Origin: Bacteroidota bacterium
Lineage (GTDB): Bacteria; Bacteroidota; Bacteroidia; AKYH767-A; OLB10
Assembly (NCBI GenBank): GCA_024638565.1
Contig: JAHEKC010000001.1
Coordinates: 10,245-74,244, forward strand
DNA length: 64,000 nucleotides
Direction of reading: 5' to 3'
Within the stretch, counting starts at the first letter, position 1; each line of letters starts with the position of its first letter. Below the pieces are notes generated by a model. That model was not told the DNA's origin, ran no database searches, and saw only the letters and a list, made by a program, of their open reading frames with translations. The translations under genes and the position numbers were made by a program. Positions 38,691 to 48,452 of the stretch are shown here, piece by piece.

Positions 38691-41279
38691 TTATTTTCTA
38701 ATGACGATATAACCTGTCATTGGCTTTTTGTTATTGTTTAAATCAAGAATGTAATAGTAGGTCCCGGCAGGAACCATCTTGCCTGCCATCTCTCCACCAG
38801 TATTTGAGTAACCTGTCCAGTCATTGCGGTAATTCCTCGCCTTGTAAATGAGGCCGCCCCAGCGGTTGTAGATCCATATTTTATTATCCGGATATGCTTC
38901 GATGCCTTCGATTACAAATCCATCGTTTATGCCGTCCTGGTTGGGTGAATATCCGGAAGGCACCATGGGAGAATCGCACATGACTGAAACCGTAACCTCT
39001 CCTATGGCCTTGCAGCCATCGTCGTTTGTGACTTCCACCTTGTATACGGTGGTCTTTGGCGGTGAGGCGATGGGATCCGGCAGGGTGGCGTAATCCAGCC
39101 CGTCAGGTGGTTCCCACGCGTAATAAGTACCTCCACCCGCTTTTAGCTGAACCCGTTCCCCCGGACAAATGATCACATTGGGGCTTAACGTCATCCTTAC
39201 TTCTTCCTTTGAAGTGACATGCAGCGTATCTGAGTTGTATGTACCGCATCCGTGGCTTATAGTCACAGTATATGCACCGGCAACAGGTGTATAGAACTGC
39301 AGCCCGGTGGCACCACCGAGCGTCTGGCCGTTCAGGTACCATTGGTAAGATCCGCCGGCCACGGAGTCTGCGGTAAGGACTGCCAGTTCACCGATACACA
39401 GATCCGGGGAACCGGTGATGTTGGCGTTGAACAAGGAGGTGTCTGATACGGTGAAACTTTCAACAATCTCGCAACCTTTCTTGTCAGTCACCTTGACGGT
39501 ATATTGCCCGGCCGGCATGCCTGTGACTGTTTGTGTCGTGGCGCCCTGGTTCCACTGGAACGCATATGGTGAAGTGCCTCCCGAGGGCAAGGCGGTCACC
39601 TGGCCATAAGAGCCAGCCAGGCAATTGGCATGAACGGTAAGTTTATTGACCGTGAGATCGGAGTCAGGTTCGTGTATTGTCGTGGTGGCGCTGCCGGTAC
39701 AGCCATTCGCATCTGAAACAGTCACGGTATATGCTCCTGCTGGAATGTTTTTTATCTGCTTGGTGGCGGCACTGTTATCCCAAAAGTAGCTATAGGGTGG
39801 TGTGCCCCCGGCCGAAGAAGCAACGGCAATGCCGTCGGATCCGCCAAAGCAGGACACATGGGCTGTTGCATGGGCGTCAGGCGCAAGGGCTGGTGGTTCC
39901 GTGATCATTGCGTTGAACACGGTGGTGTCTGATTGATGCACCATAATCGCAGATTGCTGTCCCGCACCCAGGCCACTGATTGCTGCGGTGGTGGCACCAT
40001 TGCTCCAAAGGATGGAGGCGCCCGACGGTACATTGACGATAGTAGCAGATCCGTCCTGCGCCCCATGGCAGGTGATCCCTGTGACATTTATTGCGGCTGT
40101 TTTAGCGTTGACATATATTGTATACCCGAATACTAGCTCTGCATTGAACGGACAGGCGTTATCCCTGACGCTGATGGTAAAATTGTAAGGCGTTTCCCGG
40201 ACATGGGTGGCGTCGGGAGTCCAGGATACGGATACACCGGGCCTGCTGCCGCCGCCTATGCCAAACTGTGCGCCCGGTACCTGAGAGCCAATAGATGCGG
40301 AAAGGACCTGGAGTGAATCCGCATCATGTGTTTGTATGGAAGCTGATAAGGTATTGCCGGCAAGAACAACCTTGGTATAATTGTTTGTGCCGTCAAAGCC
40401 TCCGGCGATAGGCTGATGGTTGCTGCAGGGATCGGTGTACACCTGCATGTCACGCAGGACTGAACCTGCCAGTACCTGCCCGCGATACTCGGAAACCTTC
40501 AATGTGATTACCCCGATCTGTGCTTGGACGGGCGTAAACGAGAGTTGACCGGTTTGCGGGTCCAGGATGACCGGGCCGTTGGTAAGCATCGGGTTCTGCG
40601 CGGTGAGTAATGGCTGGTAGGTCGCGGTAGTGGATGCGCCTGTTCTGGGTGTAACCAACTCGAAATAAAGAGAGTCGCCGTCATCCTCCGTGACGGAGGG
40701 ATTGAAGCTGAATGGCTGGCCGGCGCAGATGATGACAATAGGATCGCGCGAGAACCGGGGAGAGTTGTTACCCGGTGCATCCAGGTTATTCAATTCAGCT
40801 TCCACAAAGAGGTTTGACCCCGCAGCGCATGGGTTTTTAAGCGTGGTGATTGCACAATTCCTGCAGCAGATCTGGTAACTGAACTTCCAGTCCGTACAGG
40901 CAGCCGGCAGGGCAATGGTCGCCTGGTAAAGGAACTTCTGGATACCGGTGAACGATCCGCCATTGCAGGTAGTGGCGGCGGTGACACAGGGCAGCGTGAT
41001 TTCCTGCCCGGTATTCTGGACCTGGATGGCCATAGCCGAAAGGCTGAAACCACAATTCACACTTTCGTATGTGAGAGGAATAGCAACCGGGGCGTTTATT
41101 CCGAGGCAATCCCTGTAAAAAGTTAATTCGACCAGGTAGTTGTTCCCTCCGAGGCTAGTGTAAGTAAGGTCAGCTCCAGCCGAGTGGGTTGCCGGACAGT
41201 ATTCCGGCCAGGCAAGCAACAAACCTGCCAGCAAGGCACAGGCAGGCCACCAGGATCTGCTATTCGGCATGTGATTCAT
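38691..41279 (-). CDS. Paralogous T9SS type-B CTD protein (862 aa) with the same Cys-rich N-terminal domain and ~4 SprB repeats
   Basis: The N-terminal domain is roughly 60% identical to that of the 34910-38650 protein (HSAGADLTYTSLGG...FYRDCLG...CCRNC). It has the same C-terminal sorting domain (...GTYYYILDLNNNKKPMTGYIVIRK). Confidence 0.8.
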   Translation of the reverse strand: MNHMPNSRSWWPACALLAGLLLAWPEYCPATHSAGADLTYTSLGGNNYLVELTFYRDCLGINAPVAIPLTYESVNCGFSLSAMAIQVQNTGQEITLPCVTAATTCNGGSFTGIQKFLYQATIALPAACTDWKFSYQICCRNCAITTLKNPCAAGSNLFVEAELNNLDAPGNNSPRFSRDPIVIICAGQPFSFNPSVTEDDGDSLYFELVTPRTGASTTATYQPLLTAQNPMLTNGPVILDPQTGQLSFTPVQAQIGVITLKVSEYRGQVLAGSVLRDMQVYTDPCSNHQPIAGGFDGTNNYTKVVLAGNTLSASIQTHDADSLQVLSASIGSQVPGAQFGIGGGSRPGVSVSWTPDATHVRETPYNFTISVRDNACPFNAELVFGYTIYVNAKTAAINVTGITCHGAQDGSATIVNVPSGASILWSNGATTAAISGLGAGQQSAIMVHQSDTTVFNAMITEPPALAPDAHATAHVSCFGGSDGIAVASSAGGTPPYSYFWDNSAATKQIKNIPAGAYTVTVSDANGCTGSATTTIHEPDSDLTVNKLTVHANCLAGSYGQVTALPSGGTSPYAFQWNQGATTQTVTGMPAGQYTVKVTDKKGCEIVESFTVSDTSLFNANITGSPDLCIGELAVLTADSVAGGSYQWYLNGQTLGGATGLQFYTPVAGAYTVTISHGCGTYNSDTLHVTSKEEVRMTLSPNVIICPGERVQLKAGGGTYYAWEPPDGLDYATLPDPIASPPKTTVYKVEVTNDDGCKAIGEVTVSVMCDSPMVPSGYSPNQDGINDGFVIEGIEAYPDNKIWIYNRWGGLIYKARNYRNDWTGYSNTGGEMAGKMVPAGTYYYILDLNNNKKPMTGYIVIRK

Positions 41280-41306
41280 ATACGTTGTTGCTGACCTCGT
41301 TATATT

Positions 41307-44300
41307 TTATTTCCTGAGTACGATATATCCGGTACGCGGCTTGGTGCCGTCACCCAGGTTCAATACGTAGAAATACGTTCCGGCAGGCACCCGTTTTCCG
41401 ATATAAATACCGGTTACATTCGATAACCCGTCCCAGTTGTTTTTATAGCTCCTGGCCTTGTAGACCAGGTTGCCCCACCTGTTGTAAATCCAGATCATGT
41501 TGCCCGGGTAATGTTCTATTCCCTTGATGACAAAGGCATCATTGATGCCATCATCATTTGGCGAGTATCCAGACGGAATGATGAGGGTGTCGCACATGAC
41601 GGTCACGATCACCTGACCGTTTGTTTTACAGCCATGTTCGCTTGTGATTTCCACGTTGTAAGAAGTCGTCAGGGTAGGCGACGCGATAGGATTGCTGACC
41701 GTGGTAAAATCGAGCCCCGTGGCCGGACTCCACAGGTAGCTTGCACCTCCGGAGGCGGACAGCTGTGTGCTTTCGCCCGGGCAGATGATGACGTTCGGGC
41801 TCAGGCTTACGTTGGTCATGGACTGCACATTGACTTCTATGGTATCTGAATGGAACTCGCCGCACGGGTGACTGATCGAAACGGAATAAAAGCCTGCGGC
41901 CGGCGTCACGAACACAGGGTATGTGGCGCCACCGAGTATTTGTCCGTTCAGGTACCATTGGTAGGTGGCGCCGTCAATTGAGTCTGCAAGCAGAGTCACC
42001 AGGTCGCCAACGCAGACAGTCGTCGGGCCATCTGCTTTAGCATGAAATTCTGAGATGTCCCCAACCGTTACCTGGTATTCCGAGGTGCATCCATTGTCGT
42101 CAGTGACGGTAACCGTATATGTGCCCTGTGGAAGATTCGTGATTTGCTGAATGGTGCCGCCCTGGCTCCACTGGTACTGGTAGGGCGCGGTTCCACCTGA
42201 AGGGTTGGCCGTTGCCGAACCACCTGTATTCATCAGGCAGTTGGAAGGTGTGGTCGTGCCGGTAACCATTACGGATGCCGGGGGCTGAATGATGGAAGCC
42301 GTGGTAACGACCGTGCAGCCGTTGGCGTCTGTCACCGTGACGGTATAGCTTCCTGCAGGCAGCCCCGAAACATCCTCCGTGGAGGCCCCATGGCTCCATG
42401 TATAGGTATAGGGCGGGGTGCCCTGCGTTACAGTGAGGTCGATGCTGCCGTCGCTTCCATTGTGGCAGCTTACCTGCTGTGTCACCGTGGCACCCACGGA
42501 CAGCGCTCCCGCTGGCTGGGTCACCTCAACAGAATCGGTCAGCGTACATCCGTTCGCATCAGTAATTGTTACGGCATAGGTGCCGGCTGGCAGGGAAGAA
42601 ATGTCCTTTGTGGTATCCCCGCTGCTCCACTGGTAACTGTAAGGGGCCGTGCCCATGCTGGTATTCACAGTTATGGCGCCATTGGCACCTCCATAACAGC
42701 TGACCGGCTGGCTCATGGTGAGCGTTGCGTTGAGGGCCCCTGCCGGCTGGGTGATGGTAACACTGTGTGTATCCGTACAGCCGTTGGAATCTGTGATGAT
42801 AACGGTGTAGGTACCGGCCTGGAGATTCATGATGTCTTCCGTAGTCATGCCGTTTGACCATGAGTAGCTATAGGGTGGGGTTCCCATCTGGACCGTGAGG
42901 TCTATTTGGCCGTCAGATCCTGCATGACAGCTGACCTGCTGCAAAACGTTTGATGAAATCGACAGGGCGCCATTCGGCTGAGTGATTGCAACCGTTTGTA
43001 CGCCGCTACATCCGTTAGCATCTGTTACAGTCACCGTATAGGTGCCGGCAGTGAGGCTGTCGATATCTTCCGTGATTGCACCCGTGCTCCAGTTGAAATT
43101 GTAAGGAGGTGTGCCTTGTGTTACGGTAAGGTTCAAAGCACCATTATTACCATTATAACAACTTACCTGCTGAAGTACGGTGATGCCAGTGGAAAGCGCA
43201 CCTGCTGGCTGGGAAATGGATATTGCCAGCGTATCAACGCATCCATTGGCGTCGGTAACCGTTACTGAGTAATTGCCTGATGGCAGGTTACTTATATCTT
43301 CCGTGGTATCACCGGTATTCCAGGCATAGCTATATGGCGGCGTGCCCATGACCACCGTCAGGTCAATGTTGCCTGTACTGTCTGCAAAACAACCTACATT
43401 TTGGGACGAGGAGACCGTGGCATTCAGCGCACCGGCAGGCTGGGAAATCAAAGTCATAAGCGTATCGGTGCAACCATTCGTATCCGTCACGATTACGGAG
43501 TAGTTGCCCGATGCAAGGCCGGAAATGTTTTGCGTGGTCTGACCGCCACTCCAGTTGAACGAATAGGGTGGCGTACCCATGGACACGGTCAGATCAATGG
43601 AGCCATCCGAACCAGCATAACAATTTACATTTTGTGAAGCGGCAAGGGTGGCAGAAAGTGCGCCTGCGGGTTGTGAGACCACGACTGTTTGCATGGACAG
43701 GCACCCGTTGGCATCATTAACAGTTACTGTATAGGTCCCGGACGGAAGGTTGTTAATATCCTCTGTTGTAGCGCCATTGCTCCACAGGAAAGTATAAGGT
43801 GGGGTGCCACTGCTGGCTGTGAGGTTGACAGATCCGTTCGATCCTCCATGGCAGGATACATTCTGTGATATGGAAACACTCGTGGTGAGTGATCCGGGTG
43901 GCTGCGTGATGGTTGCCGAAGTCACATAAGTACAGCCATTCGCATCTGTCACGGTAACCGTGTATGTGCCTGCTGCAAGTCCAGAAAGGTCTTCACTTGG
44001 GGACCCGGTATTCCAGAGATAGGCGTATGGTGGCGTGCCACCGTTGACAGTCAGGTCAATGGAGCCGTTGTTTCCGGAGAAGCATGAAATATTGGAAGTG
44101 ACTGACGCTGTACCACTAAGAGGATTTAGCGGCTGGTTCAGCGTTAAAGTTTGCTGGCTGGTGCAGCCATTGGCATCGGTAATATTTACCGTGTAGGTAC
44201 CCGCCGTGAGTCCGGATAAATCCTTAGTTGTCGCACCGTTGCTCCAGCTGTATGAATAAGGGGTAGTGCCACCTGATACCGTTAGGCCGATGGAACCGTC

Positions 44301-47300
44301 CGTACCGGCATGGCAGTTAATATTTTGAGATGCGCTGATTGATGAAGAAAGCGTGGCCAGCGGTTCGCTTACGGATGCGGATTGCGTGGCAGTACAGCCA
44401 TTTACATCCGTGATAATTACTGTATAATTACCGGCTTGAAGGTTGGCTATATTCTGTGAGGTATTTCCGTTGCTCCATTGATAGGTATATGGAGAGGTGC
44501 CGCCATTGACGGTAAGGGATACCGCGCCATTCGATCCAGCGAAGCAGCTTACGTTCTGGAATGAAGAAACCGAGGCAGCAAGGGTTGCGGCAGGCTGGGT
44601 AATGGTGGCTGCAAGTGATGTGGTGCATCCGTTTGCATCGGTGATGACGACTGTATAGGTGCCAGAGGAAAGGCCTGTAAGATCTTCAGTCCCGGCTCCG
44701 TTATTCCAGGCAAATGTATAAGGAGGGGTGCCTTGTGTAACGGTAATATCAATAGTTCCATCCGAGCCAGCATAACAGTTTACAGGAGTGGATGAAAAGA
44801 TTGTTGCGCTGAGCGCACCTGACGGTTGTTGTATTGTCGTGGTTGCAGTGGCGGTGCAGCCGTTGGCATCGGTAATGGTGGCAGTATATGTTCCTGCCGG
44901 AAGACCGCTTAGATCCTCCGTTGCCGACCCGTTACTCCACGCTACCGTATACGGGGGTGTGCCTTCCTGGATGGTAAGGTCAATTGATCCGCTGGTCCCG
45001 CCGAAACATAATACGTTTTGTGAAGCGCTGATGGCCGCAGACAGGGGACCCGATGGTTGGGCGATAGTGACGGATAGCGCCGTCAGGCAGCCATTTGCGT
45101 CTGTGATCGTTACATTGTAGGTGCCTGTGCTGATATTCTGAAGGTCTTCAGTGGTCGCGCCGTTACTCCAGTTATAGGTGTAAGGAGGTGTGCCACCGCT
45201 GGTTGAAAGGTCAATAGAGCCGTCCGTGCCTCCAAAGCAGTTAACATTTTGTGTTGCTGAAACGGCTGACGCCAATGATGCAGCAGGCTGGGTGATGGTG
45301 ATGGACTGAGAATCTGTACATCCGTTGGCATCCGTTACGGTTACGCTGTAACTGCCGGCGGCCAGGTTAGCCTGATTTTGATTTGCAGAGCCATTTGACC
45401 ATAAGTATGTATATGGCGGTGTGCCGCCGACTACAGATAGAGATGCCGTTCCATTGCTCCCGCCAAAGCAGTTCACCTGTTGTGTGGCATTCGCACTTGC
45501 GCTGATTGCCTGGCTTGGTTCTGTTATGGTGCCTGTGACGGATGCCGAACAACCGTTTACATCTGTGATCGTCGCGGTATAGACACCTGCACTGAGGCTT
45601 TGAATGTCTTCCGTGGTGGCTCCGTTACTCCATGTATAGGCATAAGGAGGCGTACCCCCGGTAACCGTCAGGTCGATATTCCCGTCATTACCCCCGTAAC
45701 ACAATACACCCTGCGTAACCTGGATGCTCGTTGAGAGCGCACCCGCCGGCTGTGTAATCGTATCTGTAACGGTGAATGTGCAGCTATTGGCATCAGTAAT
45801 CGTGACTATGTAAATGCCTGCTGACAAATTGGATATGTCTTCCGTATTGGCTCCCGTGTTCCAGGCGTAGGAGTAAGGCGCGGTTCCACCTGTCGCGGTA
45901 AGGTCAATAGATCCGTTGTTTCCGGAAAAACAGGATATATTGGACGTAACCTGGGTTGCGCCGGAAAGTGGTGCAGCGGGTTGGCTTATCGTCGCCGATT
46001 CGGAGCTGGTACAGCCATTGGCATCGGTAACGGTGACGCTGTAAGTGCCGGCGGCAAGGCCGTTTATATCCTCTGTCGTGGATCCGTTGCTCCAGTTATA
46101 TGTGTATGCGGTCGTTCCGCCATTTACGGTTAGGTCTATTTCGCCATTATTCCAGCCAAAACAGGATACTTGTTGTATATTAATGTTTGTTGAAAGCGCG
46201 GAAGCAGGCTGGCTGACTGATGAAGAGTGAATGTACGTACAGCCATTTGCGTCTGTGATGGTGACGGTGTATGATCCTGCCGCGAGACCGGTGAGATCCT
46301 GCACGGTGTTTCCGTTGGACCAGTTGTAGGAATATGCCGGTGTGCCCCCGGTTACAGTTAGGTCTATTGCGCCGTTGCTGCCGCCGAAGCATGAAACAGC
46401 TTGTGGCGAACTGCTGGTAGCGCTCAAGGAGACGGGAGGTTCTGTCACGCTGATGGTCGAGGATGAAGTACACCCCAGGGTGTCGGTTACGGTAACAGTA
46501 TATGTTCCTGCAGGAATACTTGTCAGGTTTTGTGTTTGACTTCCGTTATTCCACTGATATGAATATGATGGCGTGCCGCCTGAGGTTAATAGCGTTATAG
46601 AAGCATTTGTTCCGCCATGACATGAAACATTCTGGGAAGAAGATATAGAGGAGGTCAGTGGTGCAGTTGGTTGGGTGATTTCGTGACTTTGAACAAGAGT
46701 ACATCCGTTGGCGTCAGTTATGGTCACCGTGTATGTACCGGCACTCAGGTTGTCAATGTTTTGTGTGGTGCTTCCCTTGCTCCACAAGAAAGTATACGGG
46801 CTGGTTCCGCCGCTGACAAACAGGTTCACGGAACCGTTGGTTCCGCCAAAGCAAGAGACATTCGGGGAGGCTGTTGTGATGGCCGACAGGGCCGCGCCCG
46901 GCTGGCTTACACCTGCAGTGATGCTTTTAGAACAGCCATTGGCGTCCGTAATGATAATTGTGTAGGTTCCGGCGCTGATTCCTGAGATGTTTTGTGAAGT
47001 GGAGCCATTGGACCATGTGAACGAATAGGGAAGGGTTCCGCCTGAAACAGTTGTATTGGCGCTACCGGTAGACCCGGAGTGGCATGCGACTGGGATGGTG
47101 GTTACACTGGCGGATAAGGTGGGAGTCGCATCGATTGTTACGGAAATAGCAGCCGTGCATGAAGCCCGGTCGGTAACGGTAACGGAATACGTGCCAGCTG
47201 ACAGGCCTGATAGATCCTCCGTGATCTGACCGTTGCTCCATTGGAACGAATATGGCGGGAAGCCGCCTGAAGGTGTTAAATCGACAGAACCCGTGTTCGT

Positions 47301-48428
47301 GCTGCATGAATAATCCACATGCGTTTCAGAAAGCGACACTTCGCCGACTAAAACTTCCTTGGAGCATATGCCGGAATAACCGGTAATGGTCATTTCGACA
47401 TTGATGATAAAGCTACCACTGCTGGCCCCAGTATTCAAGGTGATGGATGTTCCCACGTTGCTGCTGGTAATGGAAGCTCCGGCCGTGTTATTAGCAAGGC
47501 TCCATGTGTAGGTATACCCGACGTAGGGATCGACACTATAGGTCATCGTTTGTCCGGTACAGACACTGTCCTCTCCGCTGAATTCACAGGGCGGTACGGG
47601 TATGACAGCAGCTGTGGAAAGGGAGAGGTCCGAATTTCCTCCGCTCCCGTCAAGCGACTTGAGTGCCATGTGGTATCCTGATCCGCTGATGCCTGCCGCC
47701 GAATACTCCGGGCACCAGTCAAAGGCAGCTGCGATGTGCCCGCCCCATGCAAGCACCACCGTATCCCTTGAGGATACGAAGGTTATCTGCAGTCGCTGCG
47801 ACTCGTCTGAAGCATTCAGGTCCGGACTAAGCAGGTATTGTATGTCGGTGATGGAATCCCCGTTGAACATCGTAAACATTCTTTCTGATGCCGGAAGGGA
47901 ATTGAACGATGTAGCTGGCTGAGACAGTCCTGTACAGGTAACGACCTTGTTGGAAACAGGAACCGGGATCGGGAAGTTAAATGGCGTGGGATCGACGGTT
48001 GGGAGCCCTCCCAGTAAGTCGATGACTTCTGCAGAATGTGAAAACTGGTCATGAGGTTCCAGTCTGTTATAGTGGGTTATGTAATCTATCGCGTGGTTGT
48101 AGTTTTTTTTAATGTCGTATTCTATGATAAGCGTGTGCGTGCCTGGTGCCAGTCCGGTGATTACGTAACGGTAAGGCACAGACATACTTTCCAGGAAATG
48201 CGAATTGCTTGATCCGGCATTGCCGTTCACAAAATCCACGGGCGATACCGGAGAGTTGGCAGCGCCGTTCCTGGCCTGTTTCAGGTTACCTGATTGCCCA
48301 TGAACGGTCAGGGAAGTCATAATCATGAACGACAGGGCTAAAAACAAGGCAGCCGCCCGTGTGGAGGGGCGGTTGGAGCGGTTTCTAAGCGCCTGCCGGT
48401 GAGTATTGCCTGGGTTTATTGATTCCAT
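41307..48428 (-). CDS. Giant (2373 aa) SprB-repeat cell-surface protein with type-B T9SS CTD and an unrecognised ~290-aa N-terminal domain
   Basis: There is a signal peptide. The N-domain contains NGNAGSSNSHFLESMSVPYRY...EYDIKK...THYNRLEPH. About 24 SprB repeats of 75-77 aa follow, then two Ig-like modules. The C-terminus is IPSGYSPNDDGINDAFVIKGIEHYPGN...YIVLRK. Confidence 0.85.
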   Translation of the reverse strand: MESINPGNTHRQALRNRSNRPSTRAAALFLALSFMIMTSLTVHGQSGNLKQARNGAANSPVSPVDFVNGNAGSSNSHFLESMSVPYRYVITGLAPGTHTLIIEYDIKKNYNHAIDYITHYNRLEPHDQFSHSAEVIDLLGGLPTVDPTPFNFPIPVPVSNKVVTCTGLSQPATSFNSLPASERMFTMFNGDSITDIQYLLSPDLNASDESQRLQITFVSSRDTVVLAWGGHIAAAFDWCPEYSAAGISGSGYHMALKSLDGSGGNSDLSLSTAAVIPVPPCEFSGEDSVCTGQTMTYSVDPYVGYTYTWSLANNTAGASITSSNVGTSITLNTGASSGSFIINVEMTITGYSGICSKEVLVGEVSLSETHVDYSCSTNTGSVDLTPSGGFPPYSFQWSNGQITEDLSGLSAGTYSVTVTDRASCTAAISVTIDATPTLSASVTTIPVACHSGSTGSANTTVSGGTLPYSFTWSNGSTSQNISGISAGTYTIIITDANGCSKSITAGVSQPGAALSAITTASPNVSCFGGTNGSVNLFVSGGTSPYTFLWSKGSTTQNIDNLSAGTYTVTITDANGCTLVQSHEITQPTAPLTSSISSSQNVSCHGGTNASITLLTSGGTPSYSYQWNNGSQTQNLTSIPAGTYTVTVTDTLGCTSSSTISVTEPPVSLSATSSSPQAVSCFGGSNGAIDLTVTGGTPAYSYNWSNGNTVQDLTGLAAGSYTVTITDANGCTYIHSSSVSQPASALSTNINIQQVSCFGWNNGEIDLTVNGGTTAYTYNWSNGSTTEDINGLAAGTYSVTVTDANGCTSSESATISQPAAPLSGATQVTSNISCFSGNNGSIDLTATGGTAPYSYAWNTGANTEDISNLSAGIYIVTITDANSCTFTVTDTITQPAGALSTSIQVTQGVLCYGGNDGNIDLTVTGGTPPYAYTWSNGATTEDIQSLSAGVYTATITDVNGCSASVTGTITEPSQAISASANATQQVNCFGGSNGTASLSVVGGTPPYTYLWSNGSANQNQANLAAGSYSVTVTDANGCTDSQSITITQPAASLASAVSATQNVNCFGGTDGSIDLSTSGGTPPYTYNWSNGATTEDLQNISTGTYNVTITDANGCLTALSVTIAQPSGPLSAAISASQNVLCFGGTSGSIDLTIQEGTPPYTVAWSNGSATEDLSGLPAGTYTATITDANGCTATATTTIQQPSGALSATIFSSTPVNCYAGSDGTIDITVTQGTPPYTFAWNNGAGTEDLTGLSSGTYTVVITDANGCTTSLAATITQPAATLAASVSSFQNVSCFAGSNGAVSLTVNGGTSPYTYQWSNGNTSQNIANLQAGNYTVIITDVNGCTATQSASVSEPLATLSSSISASQNINCHAGTDGSIGLTVSGGTTPYSYSWSNGATTKDLSGLTAGTYTVNITDANGCTSQQTLTLNQPLNPLSGTASVTSNISCFSGNNGSIDLTVNGGTPPYAYLWNTGSPSEDLSGLAAGTYTVTVTDANGCTYVTSATITQPPGSLTTSVSISQNVSCHGGSNGSVNLTASSGTPPYTFLWSNGATTEDINNLPSGTYTVTVNDANGCLSMQTVVVSQPAGALSATLAASQNVNCYAGSDGSIDLTVSMGTPPYSFNWSGGQTTQNISGLASGNYSVIVTDTNGCTDTLMTLISQPAGALNATVSSSQNVGCFADSTGNIDLTVVMGTPPYSYAWNTGDTTEDISNLPSGNYSVTVTDANGCVDTLAISISQPAGALSTGITVLQQVSCYNGNNGALNLTVTQGTPPYNFNWSTGAITEDIDSLTAGTYTVTVTDANGCSGVQTVAITQPNGALSISSNVLQQVSCHAGSDGQIDLTVQMGTPPYSYSWSNGMTTEDIMNLQAGTYTVIITDSNGCTDTHSVTITQPAGALNATLTMSQPVSCYGGANGAITVNTSMGTAPYSYQWSSGDTTKDISSLPAGTYAVTITDANGCTLTDSVEVTQPAGALSVGATVTQQVSCHNGSDGSIDLTVTQGTPPYTYTWSHGASTEDVSGLPAGSYTVTVTDANGCTVVTTASIIQPPASVMVTGTTTPSNCLMNTGGSATANPSGGTAPYQYQWSQGGTIQQITNLPQGTYTVTVTDDNGCTSEYQVTVGDISEFHAKADGPTTVCVGDLVTLLADSIDGATYQWYLNGQILGGATYPVFVTPAAGFYSVSISHPCGEFHSDTIEVNVQSMTNVSLSPNVIICPGESTQLSASGGASYLWSPATGLDFTTVSNPIASPTLTTSYNVEITSEHGCKTNGQVIVTVMCDTLIIPSGYSPNDDGINDAFVIKGIEHYPGNMIWIYNRWGNLVYKARSYKNNWDGLSNVTGIYIGKRVPAGTYFYVLNLGDGTKPRTGYIVLRK

Positions 48429-48452
48429 TTTGATTTGGTTGATACGTTGTAA

